64,000 nucleotides of DNA from the NCBI GenBank assembly GCA_965223795.1, contig CBDCXL010000002.1:1216001-1280000 (forward strand). The letters are read 5' to 3'. Positions 8,802 to 17,199 of the stretch are shown piece after piece. Made by a program: the position numbers and the translations under genes. The DNA is from Nitrospinales bacterium. GTDB lineage: Bacteria; Nitrospinota; Nitrospinia; Nitrospinales; VA-1. Every line of letters starts with the position of its first letter. Position 1 is the stretch's first letter. The notes beneath the pieces were generated by a model. It saw nothing but the letters and a program-made list of their open reading frames with translations, did not search any database and was not told where the DNA came from.

Positions 8802-10229
8802 TCAAACGACGGTGGCCGGTTCGCCGATCAGGTGATTGAGGATCGACTCGGCGGTCCGGGTTCCGTTTTGAATGCAATCGGGAATGCCGATTCCCGTGTA
8901 GGCGCTGCCGGTGAGAAACAGTCCGGGCGCGGCGCTGAGCGCGCTATGCACCGACTCGATCAACGCGGCGTGGCCCACCTGATACTGCACGTTGGATTTC
9001 TTGTTGTGAAACACCTTCACGAATTCCGGTGTCTCGGTGATGCCCATGATGTCTTGCAGGTCCTGCTTCACCAGGGCGGCGATGGCATCCTTGTCCTGTT
9101 CCGCGACCGCCTCCTGAAGCGCGCCGCCGAGATAGCAGCGCAGCATGACGTGGTCCTCGGGAGCGCGGTGGGGAAACTTGGAGGACGTCCAGGTGCAGGC
9201 GAGGATGCTTTTGTTTTCGTTTTTGGGCACGACGAAACCGAATCCGTTCAAAGGATGCGAAAATCCCTCACGCTTGTAAGCCAGGGTGACGGTGGCGGTG
9301 GACACGTAGCGGATCTTTTTGAGCCGTTCCGCTGCGTCCGGCGCGACCGACTCGATGAGGCGCGCGGTGATGTTGGCGGGCGTCGCGAACACGACGCCGT
9401 CCGCTTCCAGCGATGGGCCGGATTGCCGCTCGATGCGCCAGCCGGATTCCGTCTGCGCAACTGCGGTGACGGTCTCGCCGGTTTGAAACGCGATGCCGGG
9501 GCATCGTTCCACGGCTGCATCGACCATTTCATTCAGCCCTGATTTCAGCGTCATGAACAATGAAAGCGGCCTGCCTTTGGGTTTCGGGCGCGACAACATC
9601 TGGCGCTTGCGGTCCAGCATGCCGAGGATGAGCGAGCGGTATTTGCGCTCGGTCTCGACGAACATGGGGAAGGTGCTCTGGATGCTCATCACCTCCGGAT
9701 CGCTGGCGTAGATGCCGGCCAGCATCGGCTCGGCCATCTTGCGCAGGGCCTCTTCGCCCATGCGCCGGCGCACGAAGGACGCGAGGCTTTCGTCGCCGTT
9801 ATCGGGTTTTCTCGGGATGACGAGATCCATCCCCATGCGCAGCTTGCCGGGCAGGCTGAACAGAGGCGTCAGCATGAAGGGCAGAAATTTTGTCGGGATC
9901 ATCAGGCTCAACCCGTCGGGCATGGTGACGAGCTTGTTGCCGGTGTAGACGTAGGTGGCGGTCTGGTCCGGATTGGTGCCGACCAGCCGCTCTTCCAGCC
10001 CCAGCCGCTTGCAGAACTGGATGGCGGCGGGTTTCTGGGAGATGAACGAGTCCGGCCCGCGCTCGACCACGAACCCGTCGAAGCGCTCGGTGGCGATCTT
10101 GCCGCCGAACGCATCCGAGGCTTCCAGCAGCGAGCATTCCAGGGGCGCGCCCTGGGCGATGGCCTCCTGAATGCGGTGGGCCGCGGCGAGACCGGCGATC
10201 CCGCCTCCGATGATGATGATTTTTTTCAT
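8802..10229 (-). CDS. hemY: HemY-type protoporphyrinogen/coproporphyrinogen oxidase
   Basis: GGGIAGLAAA FAD motif, ERGPDSF, GIYA, GFGFVVP, GIGIPDCI. Confidence 0.95.
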   Translation of the reverse strand: MKKIIIIGGGIAGLAAAHRIQEAIAQGAPLECSLLEASDAFGGKIATERFDGFVVERGPDSFISQKPAAIQFCKRLGLEERLVGTNPDQTATYVYTGNKLVTMPDGLSLMIPTKFLPFMLTPLFSLPGKLRMGMDLVIPRKPDNGDESLASFVRRRMGEEALRKMAEPMLAGIYASDPEVMSIQSTFPMFVETERKYRSLILGMLDRKRQMLSRPKPKGRPLSLFMTLKSGLNEMVDAAVERCPGIAFQTGETVTAVAQTESGWRIERQSGPSLEADGVVFATPANITARLIESVAPDAAERLKKIRYVSTATVTLAYKREGFSHPLNGFGFVVPKNENKSILACTWTSSKFPHRAPEDHVMLRCYLGGALQEAVAEQDKDAIAALVKQDLQDIMGITETPEFVKVFHNKKSNVQYQVGHAALIESVHSALSAAPGLFLTGSAYTGIGIPDCIQNGTRTAESILNHLIGEPATVV

Positions 10230-10351
10230 GCGCTTATTATGTCAGTTTTGCCAGAACGGTGCAAACGGCAGCGAAATTTATCGCAGACGTGAACCTTTGC
10301 GTTCGAATCGCCTGCGCTGTGCTTGCGTTCCGTCAGATCCGCAATCCAGTT

Positions 10352-11584
10352 TCAAAGGGAAACCGGGATCCTGCCGCCGGCCACTTTGCGGCCTGCGGAG
10401 TAGGTGGCGGCGACGAAATTTTCGCCGAAGTAATAAAACAGATCGCGGTGATCGCTGGTGTTGAGGACGATGAAATCCGCCCGCTGTCCCGGCATGAGCC
10501 CGCCGTACGCCTCATGCGCCGCGAGTGCGCGGGCGGAGCCGGAGGTGGCGGCGGCGATGGCCTGATCGGGCGTCATGCGGTACAGGAAAAACGCCTGGTT
10601 GAGCACGGTCTGCATGTTGTAGGAGGGACAGCTTCCGGGGTTGCAGTCGGTGGCGAGCGCCAGCGGCACGCCCGCTTCCATGAGGGCGCGCACGGGCGGC
10701 AGCTTGCCGCCGCCGAGGAAGGAGGTGACGCCCGGCATGAGCACGCCGACGGTGCCGGCGAGTTTCATGGCGCGGATGTCGCGCGGGCGGATGTGCTCGA
10801 GGTGATCGCAGGACACGGCGCCGTGACGCGCCGCCTGGTAGCAGCCGCCCTGGTGCGACAGCTCCTCGACGTGGGCGCGCAGCTGGCGGAAGCCGAGCAG
10901 CCTGGCCTGCGCGAACAGGCGCATGAGCTGGGTGACGGAGAACACGCCGCGTTCGCAGAAGATGTCGACGCCGTCGGCGAGGCCGCAGAATTCGGGCAGC
11001 GTGTCCATCACCGATTCGAAGTAGCGGCTCGCGGTCTGTCCGGGCGGCACGGCGTGCGCGCCGAGATAGGTGAGGGTCACCGGAACGCGCAGGCTTTGCT
11101 TCAGCCGCTTGCCCACGCGCAGCATTTTTTTTTCGGTGTTGAGGTCGAGCCCGTAGCCGGACTTGATCTCGAACGCCGTCGTCCCCAGCGCCAGCATGCG
11201 GCGCATGCGCTGCCTGGCGGACTCGAACAGCGCATCCTCGCTGGCCTTGCGCGTCGCCTTCACGGTGCTTAAGATGCCGCCGCCGTTTTTCAGGATTTCC
11301 AGATAGCTGTCGCCCGCGGCGCGCTGTTCCATCTCGTCCTTGCGTTCGCCCGCGTAGATGAGGTGGGTGTGGCAGTCCACCAGACCGGGCATCACCGCGC
11401 GGCCGTCGAGATCGATGGCTTTGGAATAATCGGACGGTTTGAGGCCGGATTCGGCGACCACCTTGTCCACTTTCCCGCCTTTAACGATGAGGGCGCAGCG
11501 GCGGCGCGCGCGCATGCGCGGCGGCGGACCGGGCTCCACCTGGATCAACTCGCCGATGTTGTGAAAGCAGAGGGATTTTTTCAT
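10352..11584 (-). CDS. hutI: Imidazolonepropionase
   Basis: PGLVDCHTH, GGGILSTV, EIKSGYGL, DHLE, ATDCNPGS. Confidence 0.95.
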   Translation of the reverse strand: MKKSLCFHNIGELIQVEPGPPPRMRARRRCALIVKGGKVDKVVAESGLKPSDYSKAIDLDGRAVMPGLVDCHTHLIYAGERKDEMEQRAAGDSYLEILKNGGGILSTVKATRKASEDALFESARQRMRRMLALGTTAFEIKSGYGLDLNTEKKMLRVGKRLKQSLRVPVTLTYLGAHAVPPGQTASRYFESVMDTLPEFCGLADGVDIFCERGVFSVTQLMRLFAQARLLGFRQLRAHVEELSHQGGCYQAARHGAVSCDHLEHIRPRDIRAMKLAGTVGVLMPGVTSFLGGGKLPPVRALMEAGVPLALATDCNPGSCPSYNMQTVLNQAFFLYRMTPDQAIAAATSGSARALAAHEAYGGLMPGQRADFIVLNTSDHRDLFYYFGENFVAATYSAGRKVAGGRIPVSL

Positions 11585-11644
11585 GGTGCGGGCGGGGCTC
11601 CTTTCGGTTTTGCGGCAGACACTCGTATAGAATCCGGTTCGTCC

Positions 11645-11668
11645 TGCTTCGACAGGCTCAGCATGACA
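11645..11668 (+). repeat. Half copy of a dispersed palindromic repeat
   Basis: TGCTTCGACAGGCTCAGCATGACA, identical to 17151-17174. Confidence 0.85.
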
Positions 11669-11692
11669 AAAAAAAATTCTGCTCGCGGCGGT

Positions 11693-13402
11693 TCAGCGCG
11701 GCAGGGGCACGCCGCGTTCGCGGGCGATCTGTTTCGCGTCGTCGTAGCCCGCATCGACGTGCCGCGCCACGCCCAGTCCGGGATCGTTGGTCAGCACCCG
11801 GTCCAGCCGTTCCTGTTTTTTACGGGTGCCGTCGGCGACGATCACCATGCCGGCGTGCAGGGAGTTGCCGATGCCCACGCCGCCGCCGTGGTGGAAGCTG
11901 ACCCAGCTCGCTCCCGACACCGCGTTGACGGCAAAGTTCAGCAGCGGCCAGTCGGCGACGGCGTCGCTGCCGTCGAGCATGGCTTCGGTCTCGCGGTTGG
12001 GCGAGGCGACGCTGCCGCAGTCCAGGTGGTCGCGACCGATGACGATCGGCGCGGCGACCTTGCCGGTCTTCACCAGGCGGTTCATCGCCCGTCCCAGCTT
12101 CGCACGCTCGCCGTAGCCCAGCCAGCACACGCGCGTGGGCAGGCCGAGGATGGGCACCTGCTTTTGCGCTTTTTCGATCCAGCGCCTGAGCGCGGGCTTT
12201 TCCGGAAAGGTGTCGAGCACCGCCTGATCCACCGCGAGCAGGTCCTTTTTTTTGCCGGAAAGCAGCGCCCAGCGGAACGGCCCCTGCCCTTCGCAAAACA
12301 GCGGCCGGATGTAGGCGACGACGAAGCCGGGATATTTAAAGCTGCCGTCCGCGTTGCGGATGTCGAGGCCGCCGAGTTCGGCCTGCCCTCTCAGGTTGTT
12401 GCCGTAATCGAACACCACGGCGCCCCGGTCCTGCAACTCCACCACCGCTTTCGCGTGTTCGACGGCGGTGGCGAGGGAGCGCTTCCTGTATTCATCCGGG
12501 TCCTTATCCTTAAGCTGCATGAGCGCATCGTAATCGCCGCCCTCGGGAACGTAGTCCATGAGGTTGTGGGCGGAGGTCTGGTCGGTGACGATGTCCGGGA
12601 CGCGGTTGCGTTGGAGCAGTTCCTTTGCGGCGGTGGCGCCGTTGGCCAGAAGCCCGACGCTGAGCGGCCGGTTTTCCGCAAGCCCGGCATCGATCCAGGC
12701 GAGCGCCTCATCGAGCGAGGCGGTGGATTTATCGAGATAACCTTCCTCCAGCCTGCGTTCGATCTGCGCCGGGTTCACTTCCGCCGCCAGCACGCAGGCC
12801 TCGTTCATGGTGCCGGCCAGCGGCTGCGCGGCGCCCATATTGCCCAGTCCCGCGGTATAGATCCATTTTCCCTGCAACGTCGCGGTGCCGAATTCCTTGT
12901 GACCGCAGGCGCCGAACGTCTCGTAGGTGCCCTGCAGGATGCCCTGGGTGCCGATGTAGATCCAGCTGCCGGCGGTCATCTGCCCGTACATCATGAGCCC
13001 CAGCCGGTCGAGTTCGTCGAAATGTTCCTGTGTCGCGTAAGCGGGAACGAGGTTGGAGTTGGCGATGATGACGCGCGGCGCGTCGGGATGGCTTTTGGCG
13101 ATGTAGACGGCTTTGCCCGATTGGACGCACAACGTCTCATCCCGCGTCAGCCGCTTGAGGGCGGCGACGATGCGGCGGTACTCCTTCCAGTTGCGCGCGG
13201 CGCGGCCTGTGCCGCCGTAGACGATGAGCTGTTTCCAGTCGAGGGACACGCGGTCGTCGAGGTTGTTGTTCAGCATCCTGAGCGCCGCTTCGCTGTCCCA
13301 GTCGCCGCACTGCAGGGTGAGCGCGGTGCGGGCGCGCGGCGCTTTCTTGGGGCAGTCCTGCATTTCCATGGGCCGGGATGTGGACGGCGCGTTGCGGTTC
13401 AT
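11693..13402 (-). CDS. hutU: Urocanate hydratase
   Basis: IVYGGTGRAAR, MYGQMTAGSW, FCEGQGPFRW, GRDHLDCGSVASP; start overlaps the hutG stop. Confidence 0.97.
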   Translation of the reverse strand: MNRNAPSTSRPMEMQDCPKKAPRARTALTLQCGDWDSEAALRMLNNNLDDRVSLDWKQLIVYGGTGRAARNWKEYRRIVAALKRLTRDETLCVQSGKAVYIAKSHPDAPRVIIANSNLVPAYATQEHFDELDRLGLMMYGQMTAGSWIYIGTQGILQGTYETFGACGHKEFGTATLQGKWIYTAGLGNMGAAQPLAGTMNEACVLAAEVNPAQIERRLEEGYLDKSTASLDEALAWIDAGLAENRPLSVGLLANGATAAKELLQRNRVPDIVTDQTSAHNLMDYVPEGGDYDALMQLKDKDPDEYRKRSLATAVEHAKAVVELQDRGAVVFDYGNNLRGQAELGGLDIRNADGSFKYPGFVVAYIRPLFCEGQGPFRWALLSGKKKDLLAVDQAVLDTFPEKPALRRWIEKAQKQVPILGLPTRVCWLGYGERAKLGRAMNRLVKTGKVAAPIVIGRDHLDCGSVASPNRETEAMLDGSDAVADWPLLNFAVNAVSGASWVSFHHGGGVGIGNSLHAGMVIVADGTRKKQERLDRVLTNDPGLGVARHVDAGYDDAKQIARERGVPLPR

Positions 13403-14361
13403 GACGATTTCTCCTTTCTCCGGGCGACGCCGAAACAGAAATAGTAGAACATCGCGGCGGCGAGACGGCCGGTGCGCTCCGCCTCGATGAGCGGATTGAA
13501 CTCGGAAAGATCGAACAGGGTCACGGCGGGATGGCGGCCTGAGGCGTGCGCGATCTCGACCGCCTGCTGGCCGGACAATCCGAGCACGCCCGGACAGGAA
13601 ACGCCGGGGGCGTCTGCGCCGGATACGGAATCGAGGTCGAAGCTGACAAAGACAAACGGGCACTGCCAGGCCAGGGTGCCGAGCGAGGCGGTGAACTGCC
13701 GGACCTCGGTGTCGCCGGACTGCAGCGCCCCGTACCAGAGGATGCGGCCGTTCTTGCTCTCAACGTATTGGCTGTGTTCGCGGCTGCACTGGCTGCCCTG
13801 GGCGGCGAACTCGATGAAGTTTTCCCCGTTGAAGCGCGCATCCTCAAGAAGCAGGCGGAACGGGGAACCGCTGTGCGCCTTTCCGTCTATGAGCGGCCGC
13901 ACGTCCAGATGGGCGTCCACGTTGATGACCCCGACCGGCTGGCCGGCGCTGAACTCGAGCAGCGCGGCGGCGTTGGGATAGGACTGGTCGTTGCCGCCGC
14001 CGACCACGAAGGGAACGCCGCCTTGTTTCAGGATCGACAATACGGTGCGGTTGAGTTCTTTGTGCGCCGCTTCCAGGGACAGGGACGCGGAAATGTCGCC
14101 GGCGTCGCTGATGGAGAGCGTTGTGAGGTCCACCGGCATCTCGGGGTTGGCGACGGCGCCGTGGCGCTTTATCCAGCCGCGGAACCGCTCCGGCCCGTTG
14201 CGGGCCCCGGCACGCCCGCCGTTTATGGAGACCCCGCTGTCGTGCGGGAACCCCAACAGCACCACATCGCCTCCCTCGCCGGGTGTCAATATGTCTCCCA
14301 GTTTGACGTCCCCCATGCCCCTTATATAGGCCCTTGCGCGCGGTTTGTAAACCATCCGCAT
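13399..14361 (-). CDS. hutG: Formimidoylglutamase (arginase family); start may be 14316
   Basis: NGGRAGARNGP, GGGND, NVDAHLD, FDLDS...APGVS and SEFNP motifs; adjacent to hutU. Confidence 0.88.
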   Translation of the reverse strand: MRMVYKPRARAYIRGMGDVKLGDILTPGEGGDVVLLGFPHDSGVSINGGRAGARNGPERFRGWIKRHGAVANPEMPVDLTTLSISDAGDISASLSLEAAHKELNRTVLSILKQGGVPFVVGGGNDQSYPNAAALLEFSAGQPVGVINVDAHLDVRPLIDGKAHSGSPFRLLLEDARFNGENFIEFAAQGSQCSREHSQYVESKNGRILWYGALQSGDTEVRQFTASLGTLAWQCPFVFVSFDLDSVSGADAPGVSCPGVLGLSGQQAVEIAHASGRHPAVTLFDLSEFNPLIEAERTGRLAAAMFYYFCFGVARRKEKSS

Positions 14362-14491
14362 GGGGAAGCCCGCGGCGCGGCCATCCGGGCGGGGACTTCC
14401 GGGGCAAGAAACACGGCGGCGGATTCCAGGGCACTTTGCGGGACCGGCCGCTGCCGGATACGGAACGGGACCCGCAAAGGCTTGTGCGCGC

Positions 14492-14532
14492 GGGTTGATT
14501 TTGCTATATTCTGATGTTCACGAAATCAACCC
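14492..14532. promoter_or_regulatory. 10-bp inverted repeat upstream of the half-ferritin gene
   Basis: GGGTTGATTT-N21-AAATCAACCC. Confidence 0.35.
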
Positions 14533-14563
14533 TCAAATCCATTCACTGCAAGGAGAACCCCCG

Positions 14564-14971
14564 ATGTCCGCAGCCGCAGAAGCGCTGAGAAAAGCCATCG
14601 AACATGAAAAGCAGGCTCTGGAACGTTACAAGGAAGCCATCAATTGTTCCTCGAACGAGGAAACCCGGGAGTCGCTGAAAAAAATCGCCACGGAAAAGAA
14701 CCAGACGATCGATTCGCTCCACTGGATGGCGCTGGCGGAAGCCGGACAGCTGGAAACCGAAGCGGGAGCGGAACCCAAGGAAGAAGCCGCACAAAGCTCC
14801 GCGAGCAAATGCCCGTTCTCCGGCGCGCTGAAAGAAATGGGCGTCGACATCACCAAGATGGGCGAAATGTCCAAGGAAGACATGAATAAGATGATGGGCG
14901 GCATGTCGCGCGAAGAAATGGCCAAGATGATGGGCCTGGGCGACGGCAATTCCAATTCTTCCTCCAGCTGA
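14564..14971 (+). CDS. Small protein: ferritin/rubrerythrin-like helix pair, CPF motif, Met-rich tail
   Basis: AAGGAG RBS; ALRKAIEHEKQALERY...IATEK; SKCPFSG; MSKEDMNKMMGGMSREEMAKMMG. Confidence 0.65.
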   Translation: MSAAAEALRKAIEHEKQALERYKEAINCSSNEETRESLKKIATEKNQTIDSLHWMALAEAGQLETEAGAEPKEEAAQSSASKCPFSGALKEMGVDITKMGEMSKEDMNKMMGGMSREEMAKMMGLGDGNSNSSSS

Positions 14972-15055
14972 CCCATCGGCGGTTTGCACCCGGGGCCCGA
15001 GCGGGCCCCGCCTGAACCGCGCGTCTTTCCGGTTCAGCGGACCCTCAGGCTCGTT

Positions 15056-15466
15056 ATGAATTTCGACAAACCCTTCGACCTCCTCGTTGAATGCCGGGGC
15101 TGCGGGATCGAGAATCTCCTGCCCGGCTTCACGGCAGCGACGCCCGCGATCTGCAACCAGTGCCGCGAACGGCTTCTCGATCCGCAGATCAGCAACACCT
15201 ACCAGGAGCTGGTGTGCGAGCAGTGCGGCATGCTGCTGTTGCTTTCGAAGGACGCTCCGATCCTTTCCGGGGAATCGGTGTGCCGCTGCGGCAGCACCCA
15301 GTTTCTCCGCCACGCAGCCCCCACCCTGCCCGAATGGGTCGCCCGTCACGCCGCCCCGGATGACGACGCGGACGGCGAAGACGATTTCGACTGGTGCCGC
15401 CCGGCCGGGGGACAGGACGACCTCAACGACTACAACGACCTGTTCGACAAAGACCCCAGCCACTGA
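15056..15466 (+). CDS. Double zinc-ribbon-like hypothetical protein with acidic tail
   Basis: CRGC, CNQC, CEQC and CRCG cysteine pairs; D-rich C-terminus. Confidence 0.7.
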   Translation: MNFDKPFDLLVECRGCGIENLLPGFTAATPAICNQCRERLLDPQISNTYQELVCEQCGMLLLLSKDAPILSGESVCRCGSTQFLRHAAPTLPEWVARHAAPDDDADGEDDFDWCRPAGGQDDLNDYNDLFDKDPSH

Positions 15467-15776
15467 ACTCCCTCCCCCTTCATTCGGCTTATTTTCGCTT
15501 TTTGAGGTGTTTTTGAGCGAATTTCCGCACAGGCTGGATTTTTCCCTTGTCAGGGACGGAAAAAGCCCCTTATAATTACCCATTAATAATTGAATTTTTG
15601 TTAGTTATATCAACAAAGCGATTGCGGCCCTATAGCCGAACCCAGGATTTGAAGCTCATTCCGCAAACCGGCCCGGTTAGCCGTTAATGGATAAAAATCA
15701 AATACTTAACACTACCGTCTCGAAGATTTCCTTTTCACTGCGGCGCGAAGCACCCGCTGAAACGCAAAAACCCGTT

Positions 15777-17000
15777 ATGAAACAAAAGGTTCCAGCATCG
15801 GACACAGATTGGGAGAGGCATCTCGAGGAAGCGGTGGCGCTGATCGGCGTGCACCGGACCTTCCTGTTCTCGGCCGATATCGACCCGGATTCGGTGGGTT
15901 CGATGCTGTCGCTGGCCCTGTACCTCAAAAGCATGGGGAAAGGGGTGTTTCTGGTCATCTCACAGGGTCTGGGGGACAATCTGGATTACCTGGAGCACAT
16001 CATCGACTACAACGCGATTCCGGTCCTGAGAAGCCAGGAGGACATCGCCCGCGTGCAGGAGCGGGTCGACGCGGTGGTGTTCTGCGACACGGCGAACACC
16101 AAGCTGGTGCCGTTTTATCCCTACCTGTGGCAGCACATCCTCTCCAGGCCGGTGCCGGTGCTGGAGATCGACCACCATTTCGGCGCCGACAGCGAAAAAA
16201 TGACGGAGCGTGCGGTGCCGCTGTTCCGCAAGGCCAACGCCACCACGGAAATCGTCGCGGAACTGCTGCGCGCCCTGCACCGCTGCTACCCGGAAGGACC
16301 GAATCCGCTGTTTCAACGCAACATCGTTCTGAGCCTGATCACCGGCCTGGTCGGCGACACGGTGGGCGGCCGGGTGGTTCCCTACCGGGGGCGCTACCAC
16401 TACTGGATCGACACGCTCGGCCATTCGCTCCGGCAGAACACGCGCTGGCGCAAGCACAACGGCAAGCGCTCGGGGGACGACAAGGAAACCAAGTTCGGCG
16501 ATCCCGACCAGGTGCAGAAATACCTGAACCGCCTGTCCGAGGAACAGCACGCCTGCCTCAACCTGCTCAGAAGCCGCGTCAAGGTGGACGGGACCATCGA
16601 AACGCTCAACCTGCTGAACTCGACGTACGAACGGGTGCGCCACGTCTCCAGGCCCTATCACTCCGCCTGGTTCGCGGACATCCTGTTTTTCCTGCTCAAC
16701 GAGATCCCGGAAAACACGGGCAAGATCGGCGTGGTCTATTTTCACGGCAAGAACGCCGAGGACAAGGAATGCATCTACATCAAGATGCGCCGACCGGAAC
16801 GGCACGCCGCCATCGATCTCCGGCACGCGGAGCGGGACATCCGCGCGGCGTTTCTGGGGAAATACATGGGCGGCGGCGGGCATCCGGGAGCCGTCTCCTT
16901 CCGCATCCACCCACACGACGAAACCGAGTTTCTGGCCAAATTCGCCCAGGCTTTGCACGCGATCAAACAGAACCCCGCCGTCACCGGCGCGGGAGACTGA
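15777..17000 (+). CDS. DHH-family phosphoesterase (NrnA-like, divergent); start may be 15687
   Basis: DIDPDSVGS, FCDT, EIDHHF, GLVGDT and GGGGHPGA (DHHA1) motifs. Confidence 0.85.
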   Translation: MKQKVPASDTDWERHLEEAVALIGVHRTFLFSADIDPDSVGSMLSLALYLKSMGKGVFLVISQGLGDNLDYLEHIIDYNAIPVLRSQEDIARVQERVDAVVFCDTANTKLVPFYPYLWQHILSRPVPVLEIDHHFGADSEKMTERAVPLFRKANATTEIVAELLRALHRCYPEGPNPLFQRNIVLSLITGLVGDTVGGRVVPYRGRYHYWIDTLGHSLRQNTRWRKHNGKRSGDDKETKFGDPDQVQKYLNRLSEEQHACLNLLRSRVKVDGTIETLNLLNSTYERVRHVSRPYHSAWFADILFFLLNEIPENTGKIGVVYFHGKNAEDKECIYIKMRRPERHAAIDLRHAERDIRAAFLGKYMGGGGHPGAVSFRIHPHDETEFLAKFAQALHAIKQNPAVTGAGD

Positions 17001-17115
17001 CCCCCTTCCCGTTTCCAGCCCCTGCCCTTCTTTCAGGCTCGCGCCGTTCCCACGGCGTCACCGGAAACGAGACCTTTGCATAAATAAGGCGTATAAAAAA
17101 AATTTATCATTGAAC

Positions 17116-17174
17116 GTCACCCTGAGCTTGTCGAAGTGTGCAGGGAATCATGCTTCGACAGGCTCAGCATGACA
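17116..17174. repeat. Full palindromic (REP-like) element between convergent genes
   Basis: GTCACCCTGAGCTTGTCGAAG (17116-17136) pairs with CTTCGACAGGCTCAGCATGAC (17153-17173), 18 of 21 Watson-Crick pairs. Confidence 0.8.
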
Positions 17175-17199
17175 GGGCATGGATTTATACAAAGGTCGC

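Noticed and set aside
14564..14971. Encapsulin-associated ferritin cargo
   Set aside because: No encapsulin gene nearby and no LxIGSL-type targeting peptide.
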